The notes beneath the pieces are model-generated. The model did not search any database. It had not been told where the DNA came from and saw only the letters and a list, made by a program, of their open reading frames with translations. Positions 37,954 through 49,954 of a DNA stretch of 64,000 nt are shown piece after piece (within the stretch, counting starts at the first letter, position 1; the number at the start of each line of letters is the position of its first letter). Origin of the DNA: Octopus sinensis (lineage: Eukaryota); contig NC_043001.1 in the NCBI RefSeq assembly GCF_006345805.1, forward strand, positions 11,222,001 through 11,286,000, written 5' to 3'. A program made the translations under genes and the position numbers.

Positions 37954-38162
37954 CATTATTACAGTCGTACAATCCTTTCGTTTCAAAGATTAATATGCTT
38001 ATTATATGAAGGGTTGCATCTTAAGAAAACTGGTGAAGCGTGGAATAGACTACTTTGCAGTATCTAGTCAAGCCATTCTACGTTCGGATTTCGAATCGCA
38101 CTGATGTATGCTTTGACTTTCATCTTTGTGGCGTTGATAATAATCAGATAAGAAATTGGGAG
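37954..38162. repeat. Unclassified dispersed repeat; inverted copy at 63789-64000
   Basis: CATTATTACAGTCGTACAATCC...AAATTGGGAG is the reverse complement of the window end. Confidence 0.8.
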
Positions 38163-38213
38163 CCATACACAGACAACTTCAGCTTTATATATATAGAGAT
38201 ATATATGGCTGAA

Positions 38214-39140
38214 ATTTACAGAAAAGCAAAAGACGAGGATAGGTGTATAAACAACAAACAGGTGTATTAGTTTAACGCTCGAAAAGGTGAGGAAGTCTTT
38301 TACGTTTCGAGCCTACGCTCTTCAACAGAAAGGAACACGAGAAAATAGACAGAGAATAAAAATAAAAAAACTTTTGGAGCTAGTGGTCAATCATGGTGGT
38401 CACTCAACTCCAGAAAAACACCCATGTGGTTACTATCTACATATATACATGCATACATACATACTGGTATCTTTATATATTATATATGTAAAGCATAATA
38501 TGTTATACATGTATGTATATTGTCATTTTAATAAACAAATAATTAAATTGACATAATATAATGTCTAAAAGTTGATGAATACCACCTATTGATCCCCTAA
38601 GGCAGAATTAGTTAAAGCAGGGTATAAAGAAAAAGTTACCTACATTGATCTGCTCAATCTCATCCTTCATCTACTATTCGAGACAAGAAATCTAGTTGTA
38701 ATAAGAAGAGTGGTTTTAATTCTAATATTAACAACCCAAAACATGATAAAATTCCTTTACAGAGTAAGGGAGGCAACCCTTATTTAAGCCCATTTTTCAC
38801 TCTAGATGTAATTCACCGTTCTTTATAGATAGTATCACTTACAATTTGACTGTTATTAGCAAAACTATTTGGTTTGTTATTCCGTATGGAAAACAAATTA
38901 AATCTAATCTTCCTTTGCAGTTCCGTGAAGCGGTTAGTAAGAACTTTCCAAAAAATTCTAGATATTATTCAATTATTAATTGTTATATAGTTAGAGTTGC
39001 CTTCTCCAACACAAAGAATCTTTCACAAATTATATCTTCTCATAATACCAGTCTGCCAAATACAAGTTCATTTACTGAGAGTTCCAACATTAATTTTGTT
39101 AATACCAGCCCTTCCCATATTAATAATAATAATAATAATG

Positions 39141-39179
<39 letters not shown>

Positions 39180-40410
39180 TAATAATAATAATAATAACAA
39201 AACAACAACAACAACAACATAGTTTTGGTCTCTGAGGACAACCCTAGCAGAATTAAATTTATGTCTAATAGTTCTAAGATTAAGAATTCTATATGCCAAT
39301 GTAAAATTACTTCCGGTACCCATGTCTGTTTCTATATTGGCGCCTCCTCTTCCCAGTTATCTAGGAGAAATTCAAATCATTATTCTTCATTTAGGGATAG
39401 CAGTAAACGCAATTGCACAGGGCTTAGTAAATTTATTTGGTATCTTAAAAACAACAATAAGGATTTTAATTTAGATTGGTTCATCCTGTCCATCTCTTTC
39501 CCTTATGATAAGGGCAAAGGATTTTGTAACATTTGCAACTTTGAACTTTTCCATATTCTCTTCTCTAAGAATCACCTTGTTAACACACTTATAGAGCGAT
39601 CTTACAAATGTAAGCACTGGCAGAAACACACCTTTAGCTCATATAAGTGATTTATACCAGTCTGTTCAGTTTGAACATTTAGTTCACCTTGCACTTTACT
39701 TCAATAGAGAAATCTACTTCCAAGCCTTTGAACATTTTCTCAACCAATATATCCCTCTTTATTTGTTCTCTACTTATTATTTCTTTACCCCTTCTCTTCC
39801 TAGGGTCTGTCTTTGACGTCAGATCTACTAACGGTTTTAAAAAAAAATACTTAATAGTGTTCTATTTATCATTTTGCAGTCATCAAAATAGTTATAATGT
39901 CTTGTTGTTGAGATAGGTTCTCTTTCCTGATGAGAAGATTACAATATTTTACCCCGTTTATTCCTTTGGAATAAAACCAATGTTGTCTTCGAAACTTATG
40001 TCGAAAGTAAAAGAATTTGAATAACACCTGCGTTCAACTCCATTTATTTACTTATACTATACAAATTACTGCACATTAACCCGGAGTTTCTACCTTTGAA
40101 TAGGTCGCTTCATCCTTGTTACTTGCGTGAATTTTGCTACCCTGGTAACTGTTTATTGTATTTTCCGTGTTAACTGTAAACAAAGAATAATTCATTCATC
40201 CATTTACATATTTATATATATATAGAGAGAGAGAGATCGTTAGCCACTACACACATTTTTTTCTCTCCTTGTTTTTTTCTGTGGCTCTTTCTGTAGAAGA
40301 GCCTAGGCTCGAAACGTAAAAGACCTTTTCTGTTCCTGAGCGTTATACTAATACATTTGTTTGTGATGTACCCCACCTGACTTCGTCTTTTATTTTTTTT
40401 TCGTAAACTC
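38214..40410 (+). mobile_element. Penelope-like element, 5'-truncated: RT thumb + GIY-YIG endonuclease, flanked by inverted terminal repeats
   Basis: 38846-39235 gives TIWFVIPYGKQIKSNL..KNFPKNSRYYSIIN..VAFSNTKNLSQIISSHN. 39225-39650 gives CQCKIT..FYIG..SNHYSSF..LSKFIWYLK..CNICNFE..CKH. 38214-38365 is an inverted homolog of 40255-40410. Confidence 0.85.
39914..40019 (+). ncRNA. Type I hammerhead ribozyme with complete core
   Basis: CTGATGA at 39927-33. Stem II GAAGA/TCTTC. GAAA at 39991-94. 2-bp stem III AC-TTAT-GT. GTC cleavage triplet at 40000-02. Stem I CTTTC/GAAAG extends after a TAAA bulge. Confidence 0.8.
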
Positions 40411-40421
40411 TCCCTATACAC

Positions 40422-40457
<36 letters not shown>

Positions 40458-40769
40458 ATGGTGAGAGAGAGAAAGAGAGAAGGAGCGAGATAAATACATA
40501 AATAGAGAAACATATAGATATAGACAGATACAGATAGTCTGAGAGACAACTAGATAGAGTGATAGATAGATATGAGATGCCTAGCTACAAGCCAGTTCGA
40601 TCTGGTGCAGTGGAATGAGGTAAAACCTGGGGTGTATTTCCAATATTCAAGCCAAGAGAATATAAGAATAATGTAAGAGTTACCTCCCTTACATCGACTC
40701 CTGTTTAAATGGCTTTAATACACTTGAGGCAACGTCTTGGTTGTGATTATTAGCTTTAAGTATTAGTAT

Positions 40770-40800
<31 letters not shown>

Positions 40801-41544
40801 GGTGGTGGTGGTGGTAGTGGTGATGGTGATGGTAGTGGTGATAGTAGTAGTAGTATAGTCGGCGTGCTGGCAGAAACGTTAGCACGCCGGGTGAAATGCG
40901 TAGCTGTATTTCGTCTGCCGTTACGTTCTGAGTTCAAATTCCGCCGAGGTCGACTTTGCCTTTCATTCTTTCGGGGTCGATAAATTAAGTACCAGTTACG
41001 TACTGAAGTCGATGTAATCAACTTAATCCGTCTGTCTGTTCTTGTTTGTCCCCTCTGTGTTTAGCCCCCTTGTGGGCAATAAAGAAATAAATATGAGGTA
41101 TGCTAATATGAAAATGCTGCAATTTTATTCGACAGTAGGTCACTGTAATCGTGTGTAGCTGAAATCTCAGGCTCTGGCACGACAATGTGACTTTCGGGGA
41201 GAGAAGATAATCTATCTATTGGATATTAAGGTGTTTTTATTTATTATTATTTTAAAACTTTTTCCTTTGTTTTTTAATTGATCCCTAACTGATCAAATTT
41301 AAAAACTAGACTTGGCTGCAATCACAATGTAAGGGAGATAACTTGTAAATAAAAATGGCATAGTAAATATATTGGAACAGCAGTCGACTCTTTGCATAAA
41401 AGAAGAGTTAGTAAAACAATTCTGTTCTTTCGAGGAACAAAATTCAGTTGATGTTATTGGTCTGTCTCTTTCTCTACGTCTCTCTCTCTCTCTCTCCTCT
41501 CTCTCTTCTCTCTCCTCTCTCTTCTCTCTCTCTCTATATATATA

Positions 41545-41589
<45 letters not shown>

Positions 41590-41779
41590 TATTAGAAATA
41601 GTTTTAAAAAATTTTTTTTAGCTACTATTTCTAATGAGTTCAGTATGCGGCAAAGTAATTTATTTTACTAAGCCCTTTTATATAATGTAATAATTTGAAT
41701 TCGCCTTAAATGGTCCCTTTGCATACTGAATACTTGGTGAAATTGATTAATAATTAATTAATTTTACCCTCAATTGTTG

Positions 41780-41837
<58 letters not shown>

Positions 41838-42040
41838 GTGGAGAAAGAGAGAAAGAGAGAGAGAGAGAAAGAGAAACCATCCTTCGACCTATCCGCTCTT
41901 CCCACCGTTTCTTCATTTCCTTTCCCTCGCATTCATTTCACCACCTTTTTTCCTTTTTTCCTTCCTTTCTTTCTTTCTTTCTTTCTTTCTTTCTGTCTGT
42001 GTATCTCTCTCTCTCTCTCTGTATATATATATATATATAT

Positions 42041-42354
42041 ATCACCGTGATCACCATGACTGACCAGGCTATCAGATGTTGCTACACATCGCTGGTCACA
42101 ATGCGCTTCGCATTGTTTTAGCCTTCAAATGAAGCCACCTCGCTGGCTAAGCGAGCAGGTCAACAGAAGAAAGAGTGAGAGAAAGTTGTGTTGAAAGAGT
42201 ACAGCAGGGATCGCCACCATCCCCTGCCAGAGCCTCGTGGAGCTTTTAGGTGTTTTCGCTCAATAAACACTCACAACGCCCGGCCTGGGGATCAAAACCG
42301 CGATCCTACGACCGCGAGTCCGCTGTGCTAACCACTAGGCCATTGCGCCTCCAC
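42041..42354 (-). mobile_element. SINE-C
   Basis: Reverse complement of 12055-12354. Confidence 0.9.
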
Positions 42355-42365
42355 ACACATATATA

Positions 42366-42400
<35 letters not shown>

Positions 42401-42451
42401 TCACTTTCTCATTAGTTTCTGTTACTGCAGCCTTCATAGATTCTTTTCTAC

Positions 42452-45400
42452 TGTATGGACAAAGCCCGAAATTTTGGTGGAGCGGCCAGTCGATTAGATC
42501 GACCTCAGTACGCAACTGCTACTTAATTTATCGACCCCGAAAGAATGAAAGATAAAGTCGACCTCGGCGGAATTTGAACTCAGAACGTAGCGGCAGACGA
42601 AATATTGCTAAGCATTTCGCCCGGCGTGCTAACGTTTCTTATTTATTTATGTCTTTATTTCTTTATTGCCCACGAGGGGCTAAACATAGAGGAGACAAAC
42701 AAGGACAGACAAACAGGGATTATGTCGATTACATCGACGCTTGTACGCAAATAGTACTTAATTTATCGACCCCGAAAAGATGAAAGGCAAAGTCGACCTC
42801 GGCGGAATTTGAACTCAGAACATAACGACAGACGAAATACCTATTTCTTTACTACCCACAAGGGGCTAAACACAGAGGGGACAACAAGGACAGACAGACG
42901 GATTAAGTCGATTATATCGACCACAGTGGGTAACTGGTACCTATTTAATCGACCCCGAAAGGATGAAAGCAAAGCCGACCTCGGCGGAATTTGAACTCAG
43001 AACATAGCGACAGACGAAATACCTATTTCTTTACTACCCACAAGGGGCTAAACACAGAGGGGACAAACAAGGACAGACAGACGGATTAAGTCGATTATAT
43101 CGACCACAGTGGGTAACTGGTACCTATTTAATCGACCCCGAAAGGATGAAAGGCAAAGTCGACCTCGGCGGAATTTGAACTCAGAACATAGCGACAGACG
43201 AAATACCTATTTCTTTACTACCCACAAGGGGCTAAACACAGAGGGGACAAACAAGGACAGACAGACGGATTAAGTCGATTATATCGACCACAGTGGGTAA
43301 CTGGTACCTATTTAATCGACCCCGAAAGGATGAAAGGCAAAGTCGACCTCGGCGAATTTGAACTCAGAACATAGCGACAGACGAAATACCTATTTCTTTA
43401 CTACCCACAGGGGGCTAAACACAGAGGGGACAAACAAGGACAGACAGACGGATTAAGTCGATTATATCGACCACAGTGGGTAACTGGTACTTATTTAATC
43501 GACCCCGAAAGGATGAAAGGCAAAGTCGACCTCGGCGGAATTTGAACTCAGAACATAGCGGCAGACGAAATACCTATTTCTTTACTACCCACAAGGGGCT
43601 AAACACAGAGGGGACAAACAAGGACAGACAGACGGATTAAGTCGATTATATCGACCACAGTGGGTAACTGGTACCTATTTAATCGACCCCGAAAGGATGA
43701 AAGGCAAAGTCGACCTCGGCGGAATTTGAACTCAGAACATAGCGACAGACGAAATACCTATTTCTTACTACCCACAAGGTGCTAAACACAGAGGGGACAA
43801 ACAAGGACAGACAGACGGATTAAGTCGATTATATCGACCACAGTGGGTAACTGGTACTTATTTATCGACCCCGAAAGAATGAAAGATAAAGTCGACCTCG
43901 GCGGAATTTGAACTCAGAACGTAGCGGCAGACGAAATATTGCTAAGCATTTCGCCCGGCGTGCTAACGTTTCTTATTTATTTATGTCTTTATTTCTTTAT
44001 TGCCCACGAGGGGCTAAACATAGAGGAGACAAACAAGGACAGACAAACAGGGATTATGTCGATTACATCGACGCTTGTACGCAAATAGTACTTAATTTAT
44101 CGACCCCGAAAGGATGAAAGGCAAAGTCGACCTCGGCGGAATTTTGAACTCAGAACATAACGACAGACGAAATACCTATTTCTTTACTACCCACAAGGGG
44201 CTAAACACAGAGGGGACAAACAAGGACAGACAGACGGATTAAGTCGATTATATCGACCACAGTGGGTAACTGGTACCTATTTAATCGACCCCGAAAGGAT
44301 GAAAGGCAAAGCCGACCTCGGCGGAATTTGAACTCAGAACATAGCGACAGACGAAATACCTATTTCTTTACTACCCACAAGGGGCTAAACACAGAGGGGA
44401 CAAACAAGGACAGACAGACGGATTAAGTCGATTATATCGACCACAGTGGGTAACTGGTACCTATTTAATCGACCCCGAAAGGATGAAAGGCAAAGTCGAC
44501 CTCGGCGGAATTTGAACTCAGAACATAGCGACAGACGAAATACCTATTTCTTTACTACCCACAAGGGGCTAAACACAGAGGGGACAAACAAGGACAGACA
44601 GACGGATTAAGTCGATTATATCGACCACAGTGGGTAACTGGTACCTATTTAATCGACCCCGAAAGGATGAAAGGCAAAGTCGACCTCGGCGGAATTTGAA
44701 CTCAGAACATAGCGACAGACGAAATACCTATTTCTTTACTACCCACAAGGGGCTAAACACAGAGGGGACAAACAAGGACAGACAGACGATTAAGTCGATT
44801 ATATCGACCACAGTGGGTAACTGGTACTTATTTAATCGACCCCGAAGGATGAAAGGCAAAGTCGACCTCGGCGGATTTGAACTCAGAACATAGCGGCAGA
44901 CGAAATACCTATTTCTTTACTACCCACAAGGGGCTAAACACAGAGGGGACAAACAAGGACAGACAGACGGATTAAGTCGATTATATCGACCACAGTGGGT
45001 AACTGGTACCTATTTAATCGACCCCGAAAGGATGAAAGGCAAAGTCGACCTCGGCGGAATTTGAACTCAGAACATAGCGACAGACGAAATACCTATTTCT
45101 TTACTACCCACAAGGTGCTAAACCAGAGGGGACAAACAAGGACAGACAGACGGATTAAGTCGATTATATCGACCACAGTGGGTAACTGGTACTTATTTAA
45201 TCGACCCCGAAAAGATGAAAGGCAAAGTCGACCTCGGCGGAATTTGAACTCAGAACATAGCGGCAGACGAAATACTATTTCTTTACTACCCACAAGGGGC
45301 TAAACACAGAGGGGACAAACAAGGACAGACAGACGGATTAAGTCGATTATATCGACCACAGTGGGTAACTGGTACCTATTTATCGACCCCGAAAGGATGA

Positions 45401-46549
45401 AAGGCAAAGTCGACCTCGGCGGAATTTGAACTCAGAACATAGCGACAGACGAAATACCTATTTCTTTACTACCCACAAGGGGCTAAACACAGAGGGGACA
45501 AACAAGGACAGACAGACGGATTAAGTCGATTATATCGACCACAGTGGGTAACTGGTACCTATTTAATCGACCCCGAAAGGATGAAGGCAAAGCCGACCTC
45601 GGCGGAATTTGAACTCAGAACGTAACGACAGACGAAATACCTATTTCTTTACTACCCACAAGGGGCTAAACACAGAGGGGACAAACAGGACAGACAGACG
45701 GATTAAGTCGATTATATCGACCACAGTGGGTAACTGGTACCTATTAATCGACCCCGAAGGATGAAAGGCAAGTCGACCTCGGCGGAATTGAACTCAGAAC
45801 GTAGCAACAGACGAAATACCTATTTCTTTACTACCACAAGGGGCTAAACACAGAGGGGACAAACAAGGACAGACAGACGATTAAGTCGATTATATCGACA
45901 CAGTGGGTAACTGGTACCCATTTAATCGACCCCGAAGGATGAAAGGCAAAGTCGACTCGGCGGAATTTGAACTCAGAACGTAGCGACAGACGAAATACTA
46001 TTTCTTTACTACCACAAGGGGCTAAACCAGAGGGGACAAACAGGACAGACAAACGGATTAAGTCGATTATATCGACCACAGTGGGTAACTGGTACCCATT
46101 TAATCGACCCCGAAAGGATGAAAGCAAAGTCGACCTCGGCGGAATTTGAACTCAGAACGTAGCGACAGACGAATACCTATTTCTTTACTACCCACAAGGG
46201 GCTAAACATAGAGAGGACAACAAGGACAGACAGACGGATTAGTCGATTATATCGACACAGTGGGTAACTGGTATCCATTTAATCGACCCCGAAAAGATGA
46301 AAGGCAAAGTCGACCTCGGCGGATTTGAACTCAGAACGTAACGACAGACGAAATACCTATTTCTTTACTACCCACAAGGGGCTAAACACAGAGGGGACAA
46401 ACAAGGACAGACAGACGGATTAAGTCGATTATATCGACCACAGTGGGTAACTGGTATCCATTTAATCGACCCCGAAAGGATGAAAGGCAAAGTCGACCTC
46501 GGACGCTAAGTATTTCGCTCGGCGTGCTAACATTCCTGCCAGCTCCCAG
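42452..46549 (-). repeat. SINE-A-derived tandem array: ~22 cores, 184-bp basic unit, higher-order repeat ~1335 bp
   Basis: GACCTCGG anchor at 42560, 42795, 42977, 43161 ... 46495. Single head at ~46549 and tail 2 at ~42452. A 235-bp variant unit occurs at 42560 and 43894. Confidence 0.95.
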
Positions 46550-46699
46550 CTTTCATAGATTGACATCATAGTGTGTGTGTGTGTGTGTTACATCATACAT
46601 TTTGTTGATGACGTCACAGTTACTCTTTCAAATTTGTTTGATCCATGTTTGTTCATAAGTTAAATACTGCATTCAATTTATTGATGTAAATTAATCAAG

Positions 46700-48426
46700 C
46701 GAACGTTTATTCGATTGTTCGGGTGAACGGCTTTCTTTCTAGGCCGTTCTCTATTAAGCGCTCGGTTCGCCAAGGATGTCCGCTTTCGCCGCTTTTGTAT
46801 GTGATGGCCCTAGAGCCGTTACTGCGAAAGTTGTGTGGCATCCCGAGGGGGCCGGCTGTTGGAGAGTCGGTTTCAGCATATGCGAATGAAATCACCATTA
46901 TCGTAACCAAGATGGAACACCTACAGAGGGTTGGTGAAACCATTAAGTTTTACGAGACGGTGGCAGGAGCAAAGATTAACCGGGAAAAGTCAGTCGGCTT
47001 GCAACTCGGCACCTGGAGGGGCAAGTCGATGCCTTGGATAGCGTCGTGGGACGTTGGACGGAGGGCCCGGTTAAGCTGCTATGGGTTTGGTTTGGACCAG
47101 ACCTCCAGGTAGAAAAGAACTGGGCAGAGGTATCGAGCAAGGTGATCTGCATAGTCAAGACCTGGTCTTGGCGGTGGCTATCCTTGAAAGGGCAGACGGA
47201 GGTGGCCAATGTGTTTATCGCATCGGTCATCATTTATCGCCTAACTGTCGTGCCCTGTCCCGGTTCGTGGTTGAGCAAGCTGGAGAGGCAGATCTTCCGC
47301 TTTTTGTGGAAGGGCACCACTCCTCTTGTGAGGCGTTCTATCTGCTGCCAGAAGCCGCTGAATGGAGGACTGGGGATGCCTTGGCTGTTGATGGGCAAAC
47401 ATGCGCTGAGGTTGAGGCATCTCTGGCTACTCCTGAATGGTGAACAGGTGTGGTCTCCGCTCGCGAAACGGATGTTTCCCAGGTTCACTAGTTTTAGTAG
47501 ACAAGAAAGCTGGTTCCTTCGTAGATCGAGGTTGGGTACATGGTTTACGGAGTGCCGTAAAGCACTCCTACAGTTCCATCGCTCGGGTAATGCTAGCGGT
47601 TTTGGTACCACCACATTTTTCTATAGCAGGTTGGTAGAGGCTGGGAACGACGATACCCTAGAGGAGACCCTAGGGTCGGAGATAACCAGTTAGACAGTCT
47701 GTTCCGATGGACGTTCGGGCCGGGGTGTTTGGATAATTTCCCAAAATCCCTGGCCTGGCAATGTTACCGAGGAACCTCACCCGTTCGGGATAAGCTCGCA
47801 CGATACGGTCGAACTACCACTGCCGACTATCCAAGATGCACGCTATTGTTCAGTGTCCGGGAGTTTCTGAAGTGTGGGCTTATGCAGAACATCTGCTGTT
47901 AGGTTCGGGAAGAGTACAGCTGTCGTCTGAGTCAATCGTAAAAATTGACCCTCCGGATTTCCTCACGAAAGAAGGTAAGCAATGTTTTCTCGCAGTAGTA
48001 GCAATAGCGAAAGAGGTGGTATTATGGAAGTCGCGAATGAAGGTTTGGCGACAGGCAACCTCATCTCCGGTCACGGGTTGGTGAAATTTTTTATCTTCCA
48101 CCTTAAAAGGAAGGTGAGGCTGCAGAGAAGATGCCTGTCAAAGAAAATGTTCAAAGAAAGATGGTTGCATGTTGCGAGGGTGCTGGGAATGAAAGATTCC
48201 TCGTGAACATGTCATAAGTCTGCATACAAAAGTTTCAGTAGGCTAATGGGGCCCGTGGGGTCGGAGCGTAAGCCATCTGCTTCATTTCATGTTTGTATTT
48301 CGTCCTTGTATCTCATTCGATTTCATTATATTTTATAAAATTTTAAAGGTCATATAACCATTGTGTGTCCGACCCCAATCAGGCTGTATTGTCCCCCTCT
48401 ATGTTTGGGTCCTTGTGGCTAATAAA
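46700..48426 (+). mobile_element. Tx1/L1-clade LINE, 5'-truncated and frameshifted
   Basis: SVRQGCPLSPLLYVMALEPLL, YANE (decayed YADD) and GAKINREKS. C-terminal HAIVQCP..VW. 3' UTR ends in AATAAA. Confidence 0.88.
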
Positions 48427-49643
48427 TCAGGGCGGTCTTGTTATATACACACATCGTAAGGCGGTGAGATGGCAGACTCGGTAGCACGCCGGGCGAAATG
48501 CGTAGTTGTGAGTTCAAATTCCGCCGGGTCGACTTTGCCTTTCATCCTTTCGGGATCGATAAACTAATTACCAGTTACGCACTGGGATCGATATAATCGA
48601 CTTAATCCGTTTGTCTGTCCTTGTTTGTCCCCTCTGTGTTTAGTCCCTTGTGGCTAGTAAAGAAATAGGTATTTCGTCTTTCGCTACGTTCTCAGTTTAA
48701 ATTCCGCCGAAGTCGGCTTTGCCTTTCATCCTTTCAGGGTCGATAAATTAAGTAGCAGTTGAGTACTGGGGTCGATCTCATCGACTGGTCCCTTCCCCAA
48801 AAATTTCCGGCCTTGTGCCTAGAGTAGAAAAGAATACACACACATTTTACTGGATCACGTGGTCGGTTTGTGACTCATTTTCGCATCCAAGGGACATGTG
48901 TTTCCGAGTCTCATTAATTTTGAATTGATTTGTTCCACTGAAAAGTTTTCTATCAAAAATTGCTATGTACAGGCCGGGGAAACATTTTTTATTTATTTAT
49001 TTTGCGCCAGAAAATCTGACAGTTGTTCAGAAAGCAATTTTCTCCTTTGCTATGCTACAGGTTTATACAAAAAAAGAAGCAATTTCACCTCCGGAAATAC
49101 CACCATCTTGGGGCAATAAAGTTTGGCACAATTGTCGTTACACTAATTGCCGTCAGAAAGAGCCAAATCCATACCAGAAGGAATCACGGCCGACTCCACC
49201 ACCGCAACCATCACCACCACCAGCACCACCAGCACCAGCACCACCAGCACCAGCAATACCACCACCACCAGCAATACCCCCCCTCATCATTCACCACACT
49301 TCTACTACAGACTGAAGCTCAGGCACTAAGCAAGTTTAATGCTAAAATATTCAAGGGAGAATACTCTTTGGCTTACAGGGGAAGCAACTCGTTCCAAATA
49401 TAAGGGAGAATATTCTTCATAATTCGTAAAATAGTTTTTCTTGCTGTGGACAAATTGTTCTTTGCTATTACATCTCTGTTTGTTTACACAACATAACAGA
49501 TATCGAAATGGCTGGATGTGGTTTCAAGTTGGTCTTACTAATGCAGCTATCTGGATACACACATACATACGTTTTGTAGGAGTAGTAGGATAAAAATGAG
49601 AGCTCCAAACGTGTTTGAATATGAGTGTGTATGTGTGCATGTG

Positions 49644-49695
<52 letters not shown>

Positions 49696-49783
49696 GTGTG
49701 TGTGTATGTATATATAATATATATATATGTATATATATACATACATATATGCATATATATAAATATATATATATGTGTGTGTG

Positions 49784-49815
<32 letters not shown>

Positions 49816-49954
49816 TGTATGTATGTATGTATGTATGTATGTATGTATGTATGTATATGTATCTGTATAAACTTAGATAAACTTACATATGTTTCGACCA
49901 AAGATTGGTCCAGGCCATGTCTAACTTAATAGCACCACCTGATAGGATTATTCG

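Noticed and set aside
42452-46549. CRISPR array or retrozyme
   Set aside because: There are no unique spacers; units are near-identical SINE segments. No hammerhead core (CTGANGA...GAAA with stems) was found on either strand.
48965-49403. Proline- or His-rich ORFs
   Set aside because: Generated by a (CCA/GCA)n repeat with no credible coding context.
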